The translations under genes and the position numbers were made by a program. The notes under the pieces are model-generated. The model was not told the DNA's origin. It did not search any database and was given only the letters and a program-made list of their open reading frames with translations. Positions 31,563 through 42,292 of a stretch of DNA of 64,000 bases are shown here, in pieces. Origin of the DNA: Thermosipho sp. (in: thermotogales) (GTDB taxonomy: Bacteria > Thermotogota > Thermotogae > Thermotogales > Fervidobacteriaceae); the NCBI GenBank assembly GCA_030153605.1, contig JASKLO010000002.1, positions 31,821-95,820 on the forward strand, read 5' to 3'. Position 1 is the stretch's first letter. Every line of letters starts with the position of its first letter.

Positions 31563-32028
31563 GTTCTTCTATCATTGTTTCGTCTTTAAAAACATCAGTT
31601 AATGAATAAATATAACCTCTACCTTTTTTATACCTTTTTATAACTCCACTTGATAATAGTTGTTTAAGAATTATATAAGAATCTTTACCTCTGATGTTAT
31701 CAATTTCTGTTTTAGTTAGTTTCTTTTTTGTTGCAAGTAGTAGAACAATTTCTAGTTGTGTGTCTGATAAGTTATTTAAAGATCTTTTTCTAACTATTTT
31801 TGACAAAATTTCAGAGAAGGTTTCCTTTGAGTAAAATCTAAGGAATCCATCTACGTTTCTTAATTCGATTCCGTGTTCTTCTGAATTGTTATATTTATTT
31901 TGAAGATAGTCGATTATTTCGTCTAATTCAGTTTCAGAAATGTTAGCAAGTTTTATTAAATCCTGTTTTTTAATTCCTCTTGAAGCAAAAATTAAAGCTT
32001 CAATTAACGCTATTTGACTTTTTTGCAT
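31522..32028 (-). CDS. scpB: Segregation and condensation protein B
   Basis: The N-terminal IEALIFASRG pattern, two winged-helix-sized halves, and a position overlapping scpA all fit ScpB. Confidence 0.85.
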   Translation of the reverse strand: MQKSQIALIEALIFASRGIKKQDLIKLANISETELDEIIDYLQNKYNNSEEHGIELRNVDGFLRFYSKETFSEILSKIVRKRSLNNLSDTQLEIVLLLATKKKLTKTEIDNIRGKDSYIILKQLLSSGVIKRYKKGRGYIYSLTDVFKDETMIEELVKNFGGAEFDIT

Positions 32029-32686
32029 TTTCTCTCACTCTCTTAATTCTGTAATTTTTATCAAGATATATTTTATTTAATTTTACCAGCTCTAAAATCG
32101 CCAAAAATTTTACTATAAATTCATATTTGCTGCTTGATTCTTTTAAAACTTCAAAAAGATTTTTTCCAATGTTCTTTGTAAGTATTTTTGACATAACAAC
32201 TTCAATTGAAAGTTCTTCTTTTTTTATTTGATATATCTTTTCTTTAATCTCAATTTCATGTAGTGTATTTTTTATGATTTTCTTTAGCTTTTTTTCGTTA
32301 ACTTTAGGAAAGACAATTCTAACATTTACCGGATAATTTTTTAAGTCTATATTATCTGATTGTTTAATGTTTTCAACCAATTCTTTTAATTTAGCATATT
32401 GTTCTACCTGGGTATAAAATTTTTCTTTAGATTTTAAGAATTCAGAATCTTCATTACTTCTTGGCAATAAACTTTTTGACTTAAGTTCCATAAGATAAGA
32501 GGCGGTTACAATAAATTCGGAAGTAACGTTTAAATTCATCTCTTGCATTTTATTCAAATAATCCATAAATTCATCAGCAAGTAAAGATAAGGGAATTTCC
32601 CTTATACTTAATTTATTTTTCTTTACTAAAAATAAAATTAAATCAAGAGGCCCCTCAAAATTTTCAAATTTAAACAGTAGTTCCAT
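32000..32686 (-). CDS. scpA: Segregation and condensation protein A (kleisin)
   Basis: The N-terminus FEGPLDLILFLVKKNKLSIREIPLSLLADEF is the ScpA signature. Confidence 0.85.
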   Translation of the reverse strand: MELLFKFENFEGPLDLILFLVKKNKLSIREIPLSLLADEFMDYLNKMQEMNLNVTSEFIVTASYLMELKSKSLLPRSNEDSEFLKSKEKFYTQVEQYAKLKELVENIKQSDNIDLKNYPVNVRIVFPKVNEKKLKKIIKNTLHEIEIKEKIYQIKKEELSIEVVMSKILTKNIGKNLFEVLKESSSKYEFIVKFLAILELVKLNKIYLDKNYRIKRVRENAKKSNSVN

Positions 32687-33288
32687 TAAAAACCTTCTTC
32701 TTCTATTATTGAAATATAATTGATCTCATAAATTTCTAATAAATTTGCTATTGTTTCAGAATCTTCACATTGAACTTTTATAGATACTTGTCTTGTACCA
32801 TCTTCTTTGAGAGTAAGAATAGAAAGAATGTTCATTTTGTTGTTGGCTAAAACATCAATAACTCTTTTAAGTTCTCCAGGTTTGTCAGGAAGTTCCAAAA
32901 TTATTCTTGTTCCTGGTTCATCCATAGCGGAAAGTTCTGTAAATGCTTCAAGAACTTCTTGGACTGTTAATATGCCTATTACTTCAGCATTATTGTTTAC
33001 AACAGGTAAAATTTGATCTCTGTTTTCAATTAACATTAAAGCAGCTTCTTCAACATTAGAATCTTCAACAACATAAAAATCAGGGAAGGTTACAAATTCA
33101 TCAACAAGAGTATCCAATTCCGAATCTCTAATACTTGATTTGTAAAGGACTCCTTCAAACTTGTCGTTTTCATCTAGGACTATGCAGTAATCACATGCGT
33201 ATTCTCGCATTTTTCTTAAAGCATCTCCTACTGTTTGAGATTTCTTGATTGTTGGGAAATGACTAATTACCCATTTTTTTACATTCAT
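32686..33288 (-). CDS. CBS-pair plus ACT domain protein (AcuB-like)
   Basis: Two CBS-like repeats are followed by a C-terminal ACT-like region (TRIILELPDKPGELKRVIDVLANNKMNILSI). Confidence 0.75.
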   Translation of the reverse strand: MNVKKWVISHFPTIKKSQTVGDALRKMREYACDYCIVLDENDKFEGVLYKSSIRDSELDTLVDEFVTFPDFYVVEDSNVEEAALMLIENRDQILPVVNNNAEVIGILTVQEVLEAFTELSAMDEPGTRIILELPDKPGELKRVIDVLANNKMNILSILTLKEDGTRQVSIKVQCEDSETIANLLEIYEINYISIIEEEGF

Positions 33289-33303
33289 AAAATTACCCTC
33301 CTT

Positions 33304-34278
33304 CTAATTTTCAATTATATTTATTTCACCATTTTCACCACAAACAACAAAAATTTTATTTTTATATTTGAAAAGTTCGACTGGAAAATTTCCTGTTTCA
33401 AAAATTTGTATATTTTCACCTATAATTATTAGCTTATTTTTTGGAGCTGAAAGAATAAATAATTTATCATTAAATACTTTTCCATATGTTGGTGGGAATT
33501 CTAATTTTGCTACAGTATATATTTTATCATTTTCAAGTGAGTAAATTTCTTTAGAAAACATTGAACCAAAATAAATCTTACTTTTCCAAATTGTACCAAA
33601 AGAAATGTAAGGCGAGGTTTCTAGTGTTACTTTCGTTTCAAAGTTTAAAATTTTGCCACCTCTTAAATCGAAGATATATTTTGAAACCATAAATACAGGT
33701 GTAGTTAAATCAAAATTAAGTAAATTGTCTTCAAATTCAATATCAAATTCACTTCTCCATATGTAAAAACCTATGGGTTTAGAATTATAAAAATCAAAAT
33801 AATCAGGATCTGATAAAAATTTGTGATAAAAAACCACATCTAAATCAAAATTAAAACCATAAAGATTTCCTGCAAAATCCAGCAAATAAACTGTATCGTT
33901 AATACGTTTATAAAATATAGGTTTGTACTCTAAATCTTTTGTGAGAGTTTCTGAGTTTTTTAAATTGTACAAAATTAATTGCTTTCCAACAGAATCTATA
34001 ATTAATAATTTATCATCGTATAAATATGAAATTGCAGGATATACTCCAACATTATCTAGTAAATAATCAATCTTTAGAGTTTCCATATTAAAAATTATAA
34101 TTTTTCTTTCTATGGAACTTGTCAAAACAATATATTTATTAAAAGAAGTGTTCCTAAAAGTATATTTTACACCAGTTTCTATTGTTGTTGAAAAAATTTG
34201 AGAAAAAATTATTATTAATAAAATACTAAACAATAATTTTGAAAATTTCTGCTGCAACTTTTTCTTTACTCCCTTCAA
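33304..34278 (-). CDS. Hypothetical secreted protein, repeat-rich (beta-propeller-like by eye)
   Basis: Has an N-terminal signal/anchor (KKKLQQKFSKLLFSILLIIIFSQIFS) and repetitive beta-strand-like segments. No motif was recognised. Confidence 0.55.
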   Translation of the reverse strand: MKGVKKKLQQKFSKLLFSILLIIIFSQIFSTTIETGVKYTFRNTSFNKYIVLTSSIERKIIIFNMETLKIDYLLDNVGVYPAISYLYDDKLLIIDSVGKQLILYNLKNSETLTKDLEYKPIFYKRINDTVYLLDFAGNLYGFNFDLDVVFYHKFLSDPDYFDFYNSKPIGFYIWRSEFDIEFEDNLLNFDLTTPVFMVSKYIFDLRGGKILNFETKVTLETSPYISFGTIWKSKIYFGSMFSKEIYSLENDKIYTVAKLEFPPTYGKVFNDKLFILSAPKNKLIIIGENIQIFETGNFPVELFKYKNKIFVVCGENGEINIIEN

Positions 34279-35386
34279 CTTCTAATATTTTTTCTTTAGA
34301 AATAACATATACTTTTGTAAAATCTTTTCCCATAACTTCTTTTGCATTATTTGCAATTATAAAGTCTGCGTTTTTCTTGACTAGTTTTTCTTTGCCATAT
34401 TCTATAACATTTTCAGTTTCAGCTGCAAATCCAACTAAAATTTGATTTTTTCTTTTTATTTTTCCAAGTTCTGACAATATATCAACAGTGCGCTCAAGTT
34501 CGAGGATAAAATTGAAATTTTCTTTTTTAATCTTATTAGCTGATGTATTTTTAATTTTAAAATCTGCTACAGCTGCAGTCATAATTATTATGTCAAAGTT
34601 AGAGAATTTTTCTAAAACTTTTTCATACATTTCTTGTGCAGATTCTACATTTACAAATTCATCAATTAAGAATGGTTTTTCTAAACAAGTTGGCCCTGAA
34701 ATTAAACATGTATATGCACCCAATCTTTTGGCTACTTTTGCAATAGAGTATCCCATTTTTCCGCTGGAATAGTTGGAAATATATCTAATAGGATCAATGT
34801 TTTCTCTAGTAGGCCCAGCAGTTATTAGAACTTTTTTATCTTTTAATATTTTGGGAGCAGTTAAAAATTTTATTGTTTCTACTATTTTTTGATTTTCGGG
34901 ATAACGTCCTTTCCCAATTTCTCCACAAGCAAGAAGACCTTCTTCGGGTTCGATAACATACCAACCATTATCTTTTAATATATTTATATTACGTTTGGTT
35001 ATAGGATTTTCATACATTCGGGTATTCATTGTTGGGACAAGAATTTTTGGGGTTTTATTAGGTATAGCAAGAGCAATAGTTGTTAATAGATTATCAGCTA
35101 AGCCGGCAGCGATCTTTGCTATTGAATTGGCAGTGGCAGGTGCCAAAACAAAGACATCTGCTTTTTGTGAAAGTTCCGTATGAATAATCCAACCATTATT
35201 TAGATCAAAAGTGTTTGTATAGACATTGCAATTTCCAACAGCTGAAAAAACTGTAGGTGAGATAAGTTTTGAAGCATTTTCACTCATAATGACATCTATT
35301 TGATAATTTTCTTTTCTAAGTTTGCTTACTAAATCAACTGCTTTATAAATTGCTATTCCACTTGAAACTCCCAAAAGTATATGCAT
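34226..35386 (-). CDS. coaBC: Bifunctional phosphopantothenoylcysteine decarboxylase / phosphopantothenate-cysteine ligase
   Basis: Flavoprotein N-domain motifs GVSSGIAIYKA and PATANSIAKIAAGLADNLL are present. CoaB-domain motifs ITAGPTRENIDPIRYISNYSSGKMG and AAVADF are present. Confidence 0.92.
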   Translation of the reverse strand: MHILLGVSSGIAIYKAVDLVSKLRKENYQIDVIMSENASKLISPTVFSAVGNCNVYTNTFDLNNGWIIHTELSQKADVFVLAPATANSIAKIAAGLADNLLTTIALAIPNKTPKILVPTMNTRMYENPITKRNINILKDNGWYVIEPEEGLLACGEIGKGRYPENQKIVETIKFLTAPKILKDKKVLITAGPTRENIDPIRYISNYSSGKMGYSIAKVAKRLGAYTCLISGPTCLEKPFLIDEFVNVESAQEMYEKVLEKFSNFDIIIMTAAVADFKIKNTSANKIKKENFNFILELERTVDILSELGKIKRKNQILVGFAAETENVIEYGKEKLVKKNADFIIANNAKEVMGKDFTKVYVISKEKILEVEGSKEKVAAEIFKIIV

Positions 35387-36180
35387 TATTTTCCTCCTTT
35401 AAATACATTTTCTTCAGAAGGAAATTTCTTTTCTTTAACTTCAGTCCTAAACTCTTCAATGGCTTTGCGCATTATATCAAAAGTATTTGCATATTGTTTA
35501 GAGAACTTTGGTTTAAATTCTGGATTAAGACCTACAATATCATGGAAAACTAGAACTTGACCATCACAAAATCTGCCAGCTCCAATTCCAATTGTTGGTA
35601 TAGAAAGCATTTCAGTAATTTCCTTAGCAACTTCTTCGACAACCATTTCTAAGACCAAAGAAAATACACCACTATTTTCCAATTCTTTTGCATTTTCAAT
35701 TAAGTAATTTTTTGATTTTTCAGTTTTACCCTGAACTTTATAACCGCCAAAGACATTTAAAGATTGTGGTGTAAGGCCTAGATGTCCCATGACAGGTATA
35801 CCAATTGAAATCATTTTTTTGATTAAATCTCCAAAAATTTTTCCTCCTTCAAGTTTAATTGCATTGGCACCATTTTTGAGAAATAATCCAGCATTTTTAA
35901 TAGCTTCTTCATCGCTATATCCATATGATAAAAATGGCATATCTGCAACGATGAAAGAATTTGGTGCTCCTCTTCTTACAGCTCTTAAATGAATAAGCAT
36001 TTCTTCCATAGTAACCGGTATAGTATCATTATAGCCAAGAACGTTATTCCCTAAAGAATCACCGACTAAAATTATATCAACACCTGCTTTTTCGGCAATT
36101 TTGGCTGTAGGTGTATCATACGCTGTAACCATTACAATTTTTTCTTTTCCTTTCATATTTATTATTGAATGAATATTCAT
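35386..36180 (-). CDS. panB: 3-methyl-2-oxobutanoate hydroxymethyltransferase
   Basis: MVTAYD, ILVGDSLGN, KLEGG and GHLGLTPQS are present. Confidence 0.95.
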   Translation of the reverse strand: MNIHSIINMKGKEKIVMVTAYDTPTAKIAEKAGVDIILVGDSLGNNVLGYNDTIPVTMEEMLIHLRAVRRGAPNSFIVADMPFLSYGYSDEEAIKNAGLFLKNGANAIKLEGGKIFGDLIKKMISIGIPVMGHLGLTPQSLNVFGGYKVQGKTEKSKNYLIENAKELENSGVFSLVLEMVVEEVAKEITEMLSIPTIGIGAGRFCDGQVLVFHDIVGLNPEFKPKFSKQYANTFDIMRKAIEEFRTEVKEKKFPSEENVFKGGK

Positions 36181-36292
36181 AAAAACTCCCCCAATAAATT
36201 TAATTTCATCTAAGTTTATTATACCATTAATAATTGTAGATTACTCAATTATATTTACTTTTATGATATACTTTTTGTGAGGAGGTGTACTT

Positions 36293-37282
36293 TTGAAAAA
36301 AATTTTGTTAATTGGTTATTATGGTTATGGAAATTTAGGCGATGAACTAATGAGAGAATCTATAAAAGAATTTTTAAATAAGGAAAATTTTAAAATTTTA
36401 GAATTACTTCCAAAAAAATTAGCAAATAGCGGGGATTCTTTTAGTCGCTTTAATGTATTTTCTATTATTAGAGCATTAATGACAAGCGATATTGTAATTT
36501 GTGGAGGTGGGGGAATTTTTCAAGATAAAACAAGTTTTAAAAGTTTTTTGTATTACTATTTAGTTTTTAAATTTGCATTATTTTTTGGGAAACCTGTTAT
36601 ATTTTTTGGAAATAGTTTTGGACCTTTTAATTGGATTTTAAGCAGATACCTTTTTAAAGATATTTTAAAAAGTAAAAATTTATACATTTTTGCAAGAGAC
36701 GAGGTATCGTACAATTATGCAAAAAGATATAACTCAAGAACTTATTTGGCCACAGATCCAGCAATTAGAAAGTTAACAAAAATAAAGCCAATTGACACTA
36801 AAGACAAAAAAGCAGTTATAATTCCAAGGAAATTTAAAAATTATATACCTGTTTTACTCAGTCTTTCAAACGAAGGTTTTTCTGAAGTGGTTTTTGTCCC
36901 ATTTTCTCCTGAAGATATACAACTAGCAAAAAAATTATCAAATTTTTCTGTTAGAGGGATTAAAGTCTCTTATTGTAATCAGATAGAAATGGCTATTGAT
37001 CATATTCAACAAAGTAAAATAGTTATTAGTGAACGTTTTCATGGTTCTTTGATATCAGCCTATTTCGGCATACCCTTTATTTCAATAAAAGATGAAAAAT
37101 TTAGAAGGTTTTTTCAAAAATATTTCAGAAACTATCAAGGATATGCAAATGATGTTGTTGAAGCTTCATATAAAATTCCGGATATAAAAGGTGTAAAGTT
37201 AGGGAAGGTAAAGGAAAGCATGGATAAGGATATGGAAGAAATGTATGAAAAATTCAAGAGCCTTGTACATAATATCTCTTAA
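36293..37282 (+). CDS. csaB: Polysaccharide pyruvyl transferase (CsaB-like)
   Basis: GYYGYGNLGDELM, CGGGGIFQD and SERFHG are typical of the PS_pyruv_trans family. Confidence 0.75.
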   Translation: MKKILLIGYYGYGNLGDELMRESIKEFLNKENFKILELLPKKLANSGDSFSRFNVFSIIRALMTSDIVICGGGGIFQDKTSFKSFLYYYLVFKFALFFGKPVIFFGNSFGPFNWILSRYLFKDILKSKNLYIFARDEVSYNYAKRYNSRTYLATDPAIRKLTKIKPIDTKDKKAVIIPRKFKNYIPVLLSLSNEGFSEVVFVPFSPEDIQLAKKLSNFSVRGIKVSYCNQIEMAIDHIQQSKIVISERFHGSLISAYFGIPFISIKDEKFRRFFQKYFRNYQGYANDVVEASYKIPDIKGVKLGKVKESMDKDMEEMYEKFKSLVHNIS

Positions 37283-38043
37283 AAGATTACAATTGGATAG
37301 CTTTTAGAAGGATGTGAAAGCACTTCTACTTCAGTTTCATACAATTTTTTAATGTTTTCTTTGGTTATTACTGAATCAGGAATACCTTCAAAGATAATTT
37401 TTCCATCTTTAATAGCATAAATGTAATCACAATATTTTGAAGCTATATTTATGTTATGAAAAGCAGCTAAAATACTTTTTCCTAAAGTGGTAAGTTTTTT
37501 TAGAATTTCGACTATATGAATCGAATGAGAAATATCTAGATGAGCAGTTAATTCATCAACAATTAATATAGGAGTTTCTTGGTACAAGCTTCTTGCAATT
37601 AATACTCTTCTTTGCTCTCCACCACTTAAGGTTGAAAAATAGCGGTTTTCAAAACCTTCCAAACCGACTAGTTTTAAACTTTGTTTGATTTTTTCATTTT
37701 CTTCTATATTTGAAAAAAAGCTTCTATTTCTATGAAATCCTCCCATTTCGACTATGTCTTTAACCTTAAATTCAAAAGCAGGTGTAAAATCTTGCCTGAC
37801 AAATGAAATATATTTTGCAAGTTCCAATCTGCTAAGTTTTTTCAAATCTTTTCCAAAAACTAAAATTTTTCCTGATTTTGGCTTTAATAATTTGGAGATT
37901 AGATTCAAGGTTGTGGATTTACCAGCACCATTAGGACCTATTACACCAACAAATTTTCCTTTTTCCAAAGTAATATTTAAATTTTTAATTGAAAATTGTT
38001 CATATGAAAAATATAAATTTTTAGTTTCAAGAATTTTTTTCAT
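37279..38043 (-). CDS. ABC transporter ATP-binding protein (FepC/FhuC-like), no permease adjacent
   Basis: Walker A GPNGAGKST, signature LSGGEQRRV and Walker B ILIVDELTAHLD are present. Confidence 0.9.
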   Translation of the reverse strand: MKKILETKNLYFSYEQFSIKNLNITLEKGKFVGVIGPNGAGKSTTLNLISKLLKPKSGKILVFGKDLKKLSRLELAKYISFVRQDFTPAFEFKVKDIVEMGGFHRNRSFFSNIEENEKIKQSLKLVGLEGFENRYFSTLSGGEQRRVLIARSLYQETPILIVDELTAHLDISHSIHIVEILKKLTTLGKSILAAFHNINIASKYCDYIYAIKDGKIIFEGIPDSVITKENIKKLYETEVEVLSHPSKSYPIVIF

Positions 38044-38563
38044 TTAAAGCAGCCACCTCAAGCATTTTCTGATAAGTTTTCAAAATTCTTTCAGCGTATA
38101 TGTCTTTATAGATTCCTCCATTATAATTTTTAATTGCATCTACAATGTTGCCAAACCTATCGTATAGGTATTTAATATAATAAGTTCCAATTTTAATGTT
38201 CAGTTTATAATCCCACATAATTCTGATCCATCCTTCTTCCGGTTCTTTAAAACCATAAATTTTTGCAACATAAGCTGCAGTTTCAGGTTTTATTTGCATC
38301 ATACCAAGTTCACCATATAAACCAATAACATTTCGAAATTCACTTTCTACAATTATTACTGAAGTAATTAATAAAGGATCAATACCAGTTTCTTTCGAAA
38401 CTGATAATATTGTATTTTCAATTTCATACAACATTTCTTCATATGTATCTAATCCGTGAGATGCTCTATAATCTTTAATCAAATCTCTAAACCATTTTCC
38501 GGGTAATGCTAATAAAGTGGTTGAAAGTATTAGAATTGTTAATGTCAATACAAATTTTTTCAT
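38027..38563 (-). CDS. Lytic transglycosylase (SLT domain), secreted
   Basis: Has a signal peptide, the catalytic-Glu region IIVESEFRN, and the GELGMMQIKPETA motif. Confidence 0.8.
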   Translation of the reverse strand: MKKFVLTLTILILSTTLLALPGKWFRDLIKDYRASHGLDTYEEMLYEIENTILSVSKETGIDPLLITSVIIVESEFRNVIGLYGELGMMQIKPETAAYVAKIYGFKEPEEGWIRIMWDYKLNIKIGTYYIKYLYDRFGNIVDAIKNYNGGIYKDIYAERILKTYQKMLEVAALNEKNS

Positions 38564-38566
38564 ATT

Positions 38567-38914
38567 TTACCTCCTAGTCATAATTAATGCTATTATCATA
38601 CCTAAAACAAAACCTGCAATAGCTTCAGCTAAAGTATGTCCACTATTTGGGTCAACTTTTCTTCTCAATCCAACAGCATCAGATGCAATTACAGCAAGTA
38701 AAATAGCGGCAATTGCTGTTTGAGGAGATTCATATCCTGTGGTTCTCCCAACAGCCCAAGCCAAAGCTGAAAGAGTTGAAATATGGGCGCTAGGCATTCC
38801 TCCGTATCTACCAAAGGCTTTTATATCTCTATAAATTAGTACCTTAATAAACTGAGAAAATAAAAATGCAAGAGTTGCAGATATAAGTGGAATATTTTTA
38901 AAAAGAGCTAACAT
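38567..38914 (-). CDS. Divergent PAP2 family membrane protein (DUF212/YuiD-like)
   Basis: Small polytopic protein with the YGGMPSAHIS motif. Confidence 0.75.
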   Translation of the reverse strand: MLALFKNIPLISATLAFLFSQFIKVLIYRDIKAFGRYGGMPSAHISTLSALAWAVGRTTGYESPQTAIAAILLAVIASDAVGLRRKVDPNSGHTLAEAIAGFVLGMIIALIMTRR

Positions 38915-39723
38915 TTATCACACTCCCAATTTTTTATTTCATTTTCGTCTTTTATTTTAACTTTTAAATTATATTTACCCAATTTATTCCATCCATCTTT
39001 TAAATTTAATTTTTGACTGAAAACATTATTAGTAACCAAAATTTTAGGTCTAATTATTTCAATTATGTCAATAAATTTTTCATGGATCAGTTCAAAAATG
39101 TTTTCATCAACAACTAAAACTTCGGGATCTAATGTAAATTTTTCGAAACCAAGTTTTTGTAATTTTTCTTGTCTTTCTAAAAGTTTTTTTTGTTTTTGAA
39201 TTTCTGTTTCCTTTAATGAAAAAACACATCCACAATAGTTTTGACGATAAATTCCTTTTTCTTTAATATATTTCAATGCTTTTTGATATTCAATCCCTTT
39301 TCTAAAATAAGTTTCAATATATTTTATACCGGTTTTATCTTCAACCAATTTTCCAATTTTGTTTATTTTATCTAAATTTTTTCGAGGAGAAGATGTTAAA
39401 GTAGTTGCTATTTCTTTTTCACCTATTTCTTTTGCTTTAAGTGCTGTGTCAAAAAGCCTCAAATAGATACATTTTTCGCATCTTGTACTATTTTCACCAA
39501 GATTTTCATATCCCTTTACATAATTATAAAATATTTCTGGTTCATATTTGCTTTCTATGATCTTAAAATCCCATTCTTTTGAAAGTTTTATGACTTCATT
39601 TAATCTTTTTTTATACTCTTCTTTTGGATAAATATTAGGGTTATAAAAATATACTTTTTCAATTTTTTTAAGATGGAAAAATGCAGGTACTAAATCAGGA
39701 GCACAACAAACATGTAACAGCAT
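38908..39723 (-). CDS. queH: Epoxyqueuosine reductase QueH (DUF208)
   Basis: The N-terminus [10 protein letters not shown] is present, with conserved Cys residues CEKC and CGCVFS. Confidence 0.85.
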   Translation of the reverse strand: MLLHVCCAPDLVPAFFHLKKIEKVYFYNPNIYPKEEYKKRLNEVIKLSKEWDFKIIESKYEPEIFYNYVKGYENLGENSTRCEKCIYLRLFDTALKAKEIGEKEIATTLTSSPRKNLDKINKIGKLVEDKTGIKYIETYFRKGIEYQKALKYIKEKGIYRQNYCGCVFSLKETEIQKQKKLLERQEKLQKLGFEKFTLDPEVLVVDENIFELIHEKFIDIIEIIRPKILVTNNVFSQKLNLKDGWNKLGKYNLKVKIKDENEIKNWECDKC

Positions 39724-40172
39724 TAGAACCCCTTCTTTGAATCAAGCAAAAGGGTTACTGGTCCATCATTTTCAAGGGAAACTTTCATATATGCACCAAA
39801 TTTCCCAGTTTCAACTTTAATACCAAATTTTTTTGAATAATCTACAAATAAATTGTACAAATTTTCAGCTTTTTCTGGATGAGCTGAATCTGAATAAGAA
39901 GGCCTTCTTCCGCGCCTACAATCACCGTAAAGAGTAAATTGAGAAACTACTAATAACTCACCTTTTATATCTAGTAAAGATAAATTCATTTTCCCATCTT
40001 TATCATCAAAGATTCTAAGATTTAAAATTTTCTCAACTAAATATTCTGTATCTTTTTCCGTATCATCTTTACCAACACCAAGTAATACCAACAACCCTTT
40101 GTTTATTTTTCCAATTATTTCTCCATTAACCTCAACAGATGCATAGTTTACTCGTTGAACGACTGCCCTCAT
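39723..40172 (-). CDS. dtd: D-aminoacyl-tRNA deacylase
   Basis: [16 protein letters not shown] and GPVTLLLD are present. The length is 149 aa. Confidence 0.95.
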   Translation of the reverse strand: MRAVVQRVNYASVEVNGEIIGKINKGLLVLLGVGKDDTEKDTEYLVEKILNLRIFDDKDGKMNLSLLDIKGELLVVSQFTLYGDCRRGRRPSYSDSAHPEKAENLYNLFVDYSKKFGIKVETGKFGAYMKVSLENDGPVTLLLDSKKGF

Positions 40173-42292
40173 TTTCTTCTCACCCTTATTACTCCAGCCT
40201 TTTTTTCTATTTCTTTTATTAATTCATTCAACTCACTTAATGATTTTACCATAATTGTGAAATATGCAAATACCGTTCGCCACGTTTCTGAATCAGAAAC
40301 TTTCAAACTTGAAATATTAATTTTTTTATTAACAAAAATGTTCATTATTTCAGGCAAACGTTCATTTTTATCAAGTTCAATTTCAATAGCAGCAAAAAAT
40401 CCTCCTGATTCTTCAGAAATCCAATTAGCCTTAAATTTTCTGTTTTCATCAATATTCTTTATATTTTTACATTCAGTTCTATGAACAGTTATGCCTCTCC
40501 TGCTAGCAATTCCAATTATTTCATCTCCGGGAACTGGCATACAACATTTCGCAATATGAACATCAATTGAAGAAATTCCATCTATGGCAATAAGATTTTT
40601 GTAACTTTTCTTTTGGTTTTTGACTGCTTTTTTAGATTCTTTTGGTTTTTCTAAAAGGTTTAATAAATCATTAAAGGTGATACTGCCTTCACCAATGCGG
40701 ATAAACAGTTCTTCAATTGAGAGGTTATGATTTTTTAAAAAATCAACAATTTTTTCATGTTCAAGTAAACCTTCTATAGATGTATTTAATCTTTTAGCAA
40801 GTTTTCTAATGACATCTTTTCCTGAATCAATTAATTTTTCTTTTTCTTGCTCTCTGAAAAATCTCCTAATTTTTGCTTTAGTACGAGGACTTTTTGCATA
40901 TTTAAGCCAATCTAAACTTGGTCCTTTACTTGATTTGTTTACAAGAATTTCAACAACATCTCCGTTTTTTAATTTATAACTAATGGGAACAATTTTGCCG
41001 TTTACTTTAGCGCCAGAAAAGTGATGACCAATTTCGGTATGTATGGCATATGCAAAATCTATTACGGTTGAACCTTTAGGCATATGCATAATTTCGCCCT
41101 TCGGTGTTAAAACAAACACCTCACCTAGCTGTAGTTCATTTTTTAATTCAGAAAGGTTTGTTGAGCCTTTCAATAATTCTTTTCTCCAATCTAAAAGTTG
41201 AGAAAGCCATTTTTGTTTCAAGTCAACTGATTTTTCTTTATAAATCCAATGTGCAATCAAACCATATTCCGCTTCATTATGCATCTGATAATCTCTTATT
41301 TGGATTTCTAAAGGTTCTCCATATTGTGTTATAACTGTTGTATGAATAGATTTGTAACCATTAGATTTTGGTGCTGCAATATAATCTTTAAATCTTCCTG
41401 GCAAGGGTACCCAAATTTGGTGAACTACACCGACAGTTGTGTAACATGTTTTTATATCTTTTACTATAGCTCTAATTCCGATTAAATCATAAATCTCATC
41501 AAATTTTTTATTTTTTTCTTTCATTTTTTTCCAGATACTGTAATAATGTTTATATCTTCCTTCAATTTTTGCTTTTATATTATGTTCTTTTAAAGCAAGC
41601 ATGAGTTGTTTAACATATTCATTAGTTCTTTCTTCTCTTTCTTTTTTCTTTTCAGCAACAAGTTCTTTTATCTTATAGTATTCTTCGGGATATAGTACTT
41701 TAAATGAGAGATCTTCTAATTCCCATTTTATAACATGTATTCCAAGTTTATGAGCAATTGGGGCATATACTTCAAGGGTTTCAAGTGCTTTATATTTCTT
41801 CTTCTCATGATCATCAACAAATTCAATTGTTCTCATGTTGTGTAATCTGTCAGCCAATTTTACAAATATAACTCTTACATCTTCTGCCATTGCAAAAAGC
41901 ATTTTTTGAATTGTTTCACTTTTTTTCTTTTGCTCGATATTCCCAACCGGAGCATTTATTTTACTTACTTTTGTTACACCATCAACAATTGTTGCAACTT
42001 CTTTTCCAAAATTCTTTTTGATATATTCTAAAGTAACTTTTCCATTACTATCTTCAACTGTGTCATGTAAAATTCCGGAAATCAATGTAATTGTGTCTAA
42101 TTTTAACGATGCTAAAATTTTAGCGACTTCCAATGGGTGATAAACAAATGGCTCACCCGATTTTCTATAGAATCCTTCATGAGCATATTCAACCACTTCT
42201 ATGGCTCTTTCAATTAATTCTTTTTCTTCACTTTTAAATGTTTTGTTTGAAATCGTTTCCAATTCATCAATAAAAGCTTTAGATTTAATCAA
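40169..42292 (-). CDS. relA: Bifunctional (p)ppGpp synthetase/hydrolase (RelA/SpoT homologue)
   Basis: HD hydrolase motifs HPLEVA and LHDTVED are present. The synthetase region includes [22 protein letters not shown] ([26 protein letters not shown]) and a C-terminal ACT domain are also present. Confidence 0.95.
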   Translation of the reverse strand: MIKSKAFIDELETISNKTFKSEEKELIERAIEVVEYAHEGFYRKSGEPFVYHPLEVAKILASLKLDTITLISGILHDTVEDSNGKVTLEYIKKNFGKEVATIVDGVTKVSKINAPVGNIEQKKKSETIQKMLFAMAEDVRVIFVKLADRLHNMRTIEFVDDHEKKKYKALETLEVYAPIAHKLGIHVIKWELEDLSFKVLYPEEYYKIKELVAEKKKEREERTNEYVKQLMLALKEHNIKAKIEGRYKHYYSIWKKMKEKNKKFDEIYDLIGIRAIVKDIKTCYTTVGVVHQIWVPLPGRFKDYIAAPKSNGYKSIHTTVITQYGEPLEIQIRDYQMHNEAEYGLIAHWIYKEKSVDLKQKWLSQLLDWRKELLKGSTNLSELKNELQLGEVFVLTPKGEIMHMPKGSTVIDFAYAIHTEIGHHFSGAKVNGKIVPISYKLKNGDVVEILVNKSSKGPSLDWLKYAKSPRTKAKIRRFFREQEKEKLIDSGKDVIRKLAKRLNTSIEGLLEHEKIVDFLKNHNLSIEELFIRIGEGSITFNDLLNLLEKPKESKKAVKNQKKSYKNLIAIDGISSIDVHIAKCCMPVPGDEIIGIASRRGITVHRTECKNIKNIDENRKFKANWISEESGGFFAAIEIELDKNERLPEIMNIFVNKKINISSLKVSDSETWRTVFAYFTIMVKSLSELNELIKEIEKKAGVIRVRRK

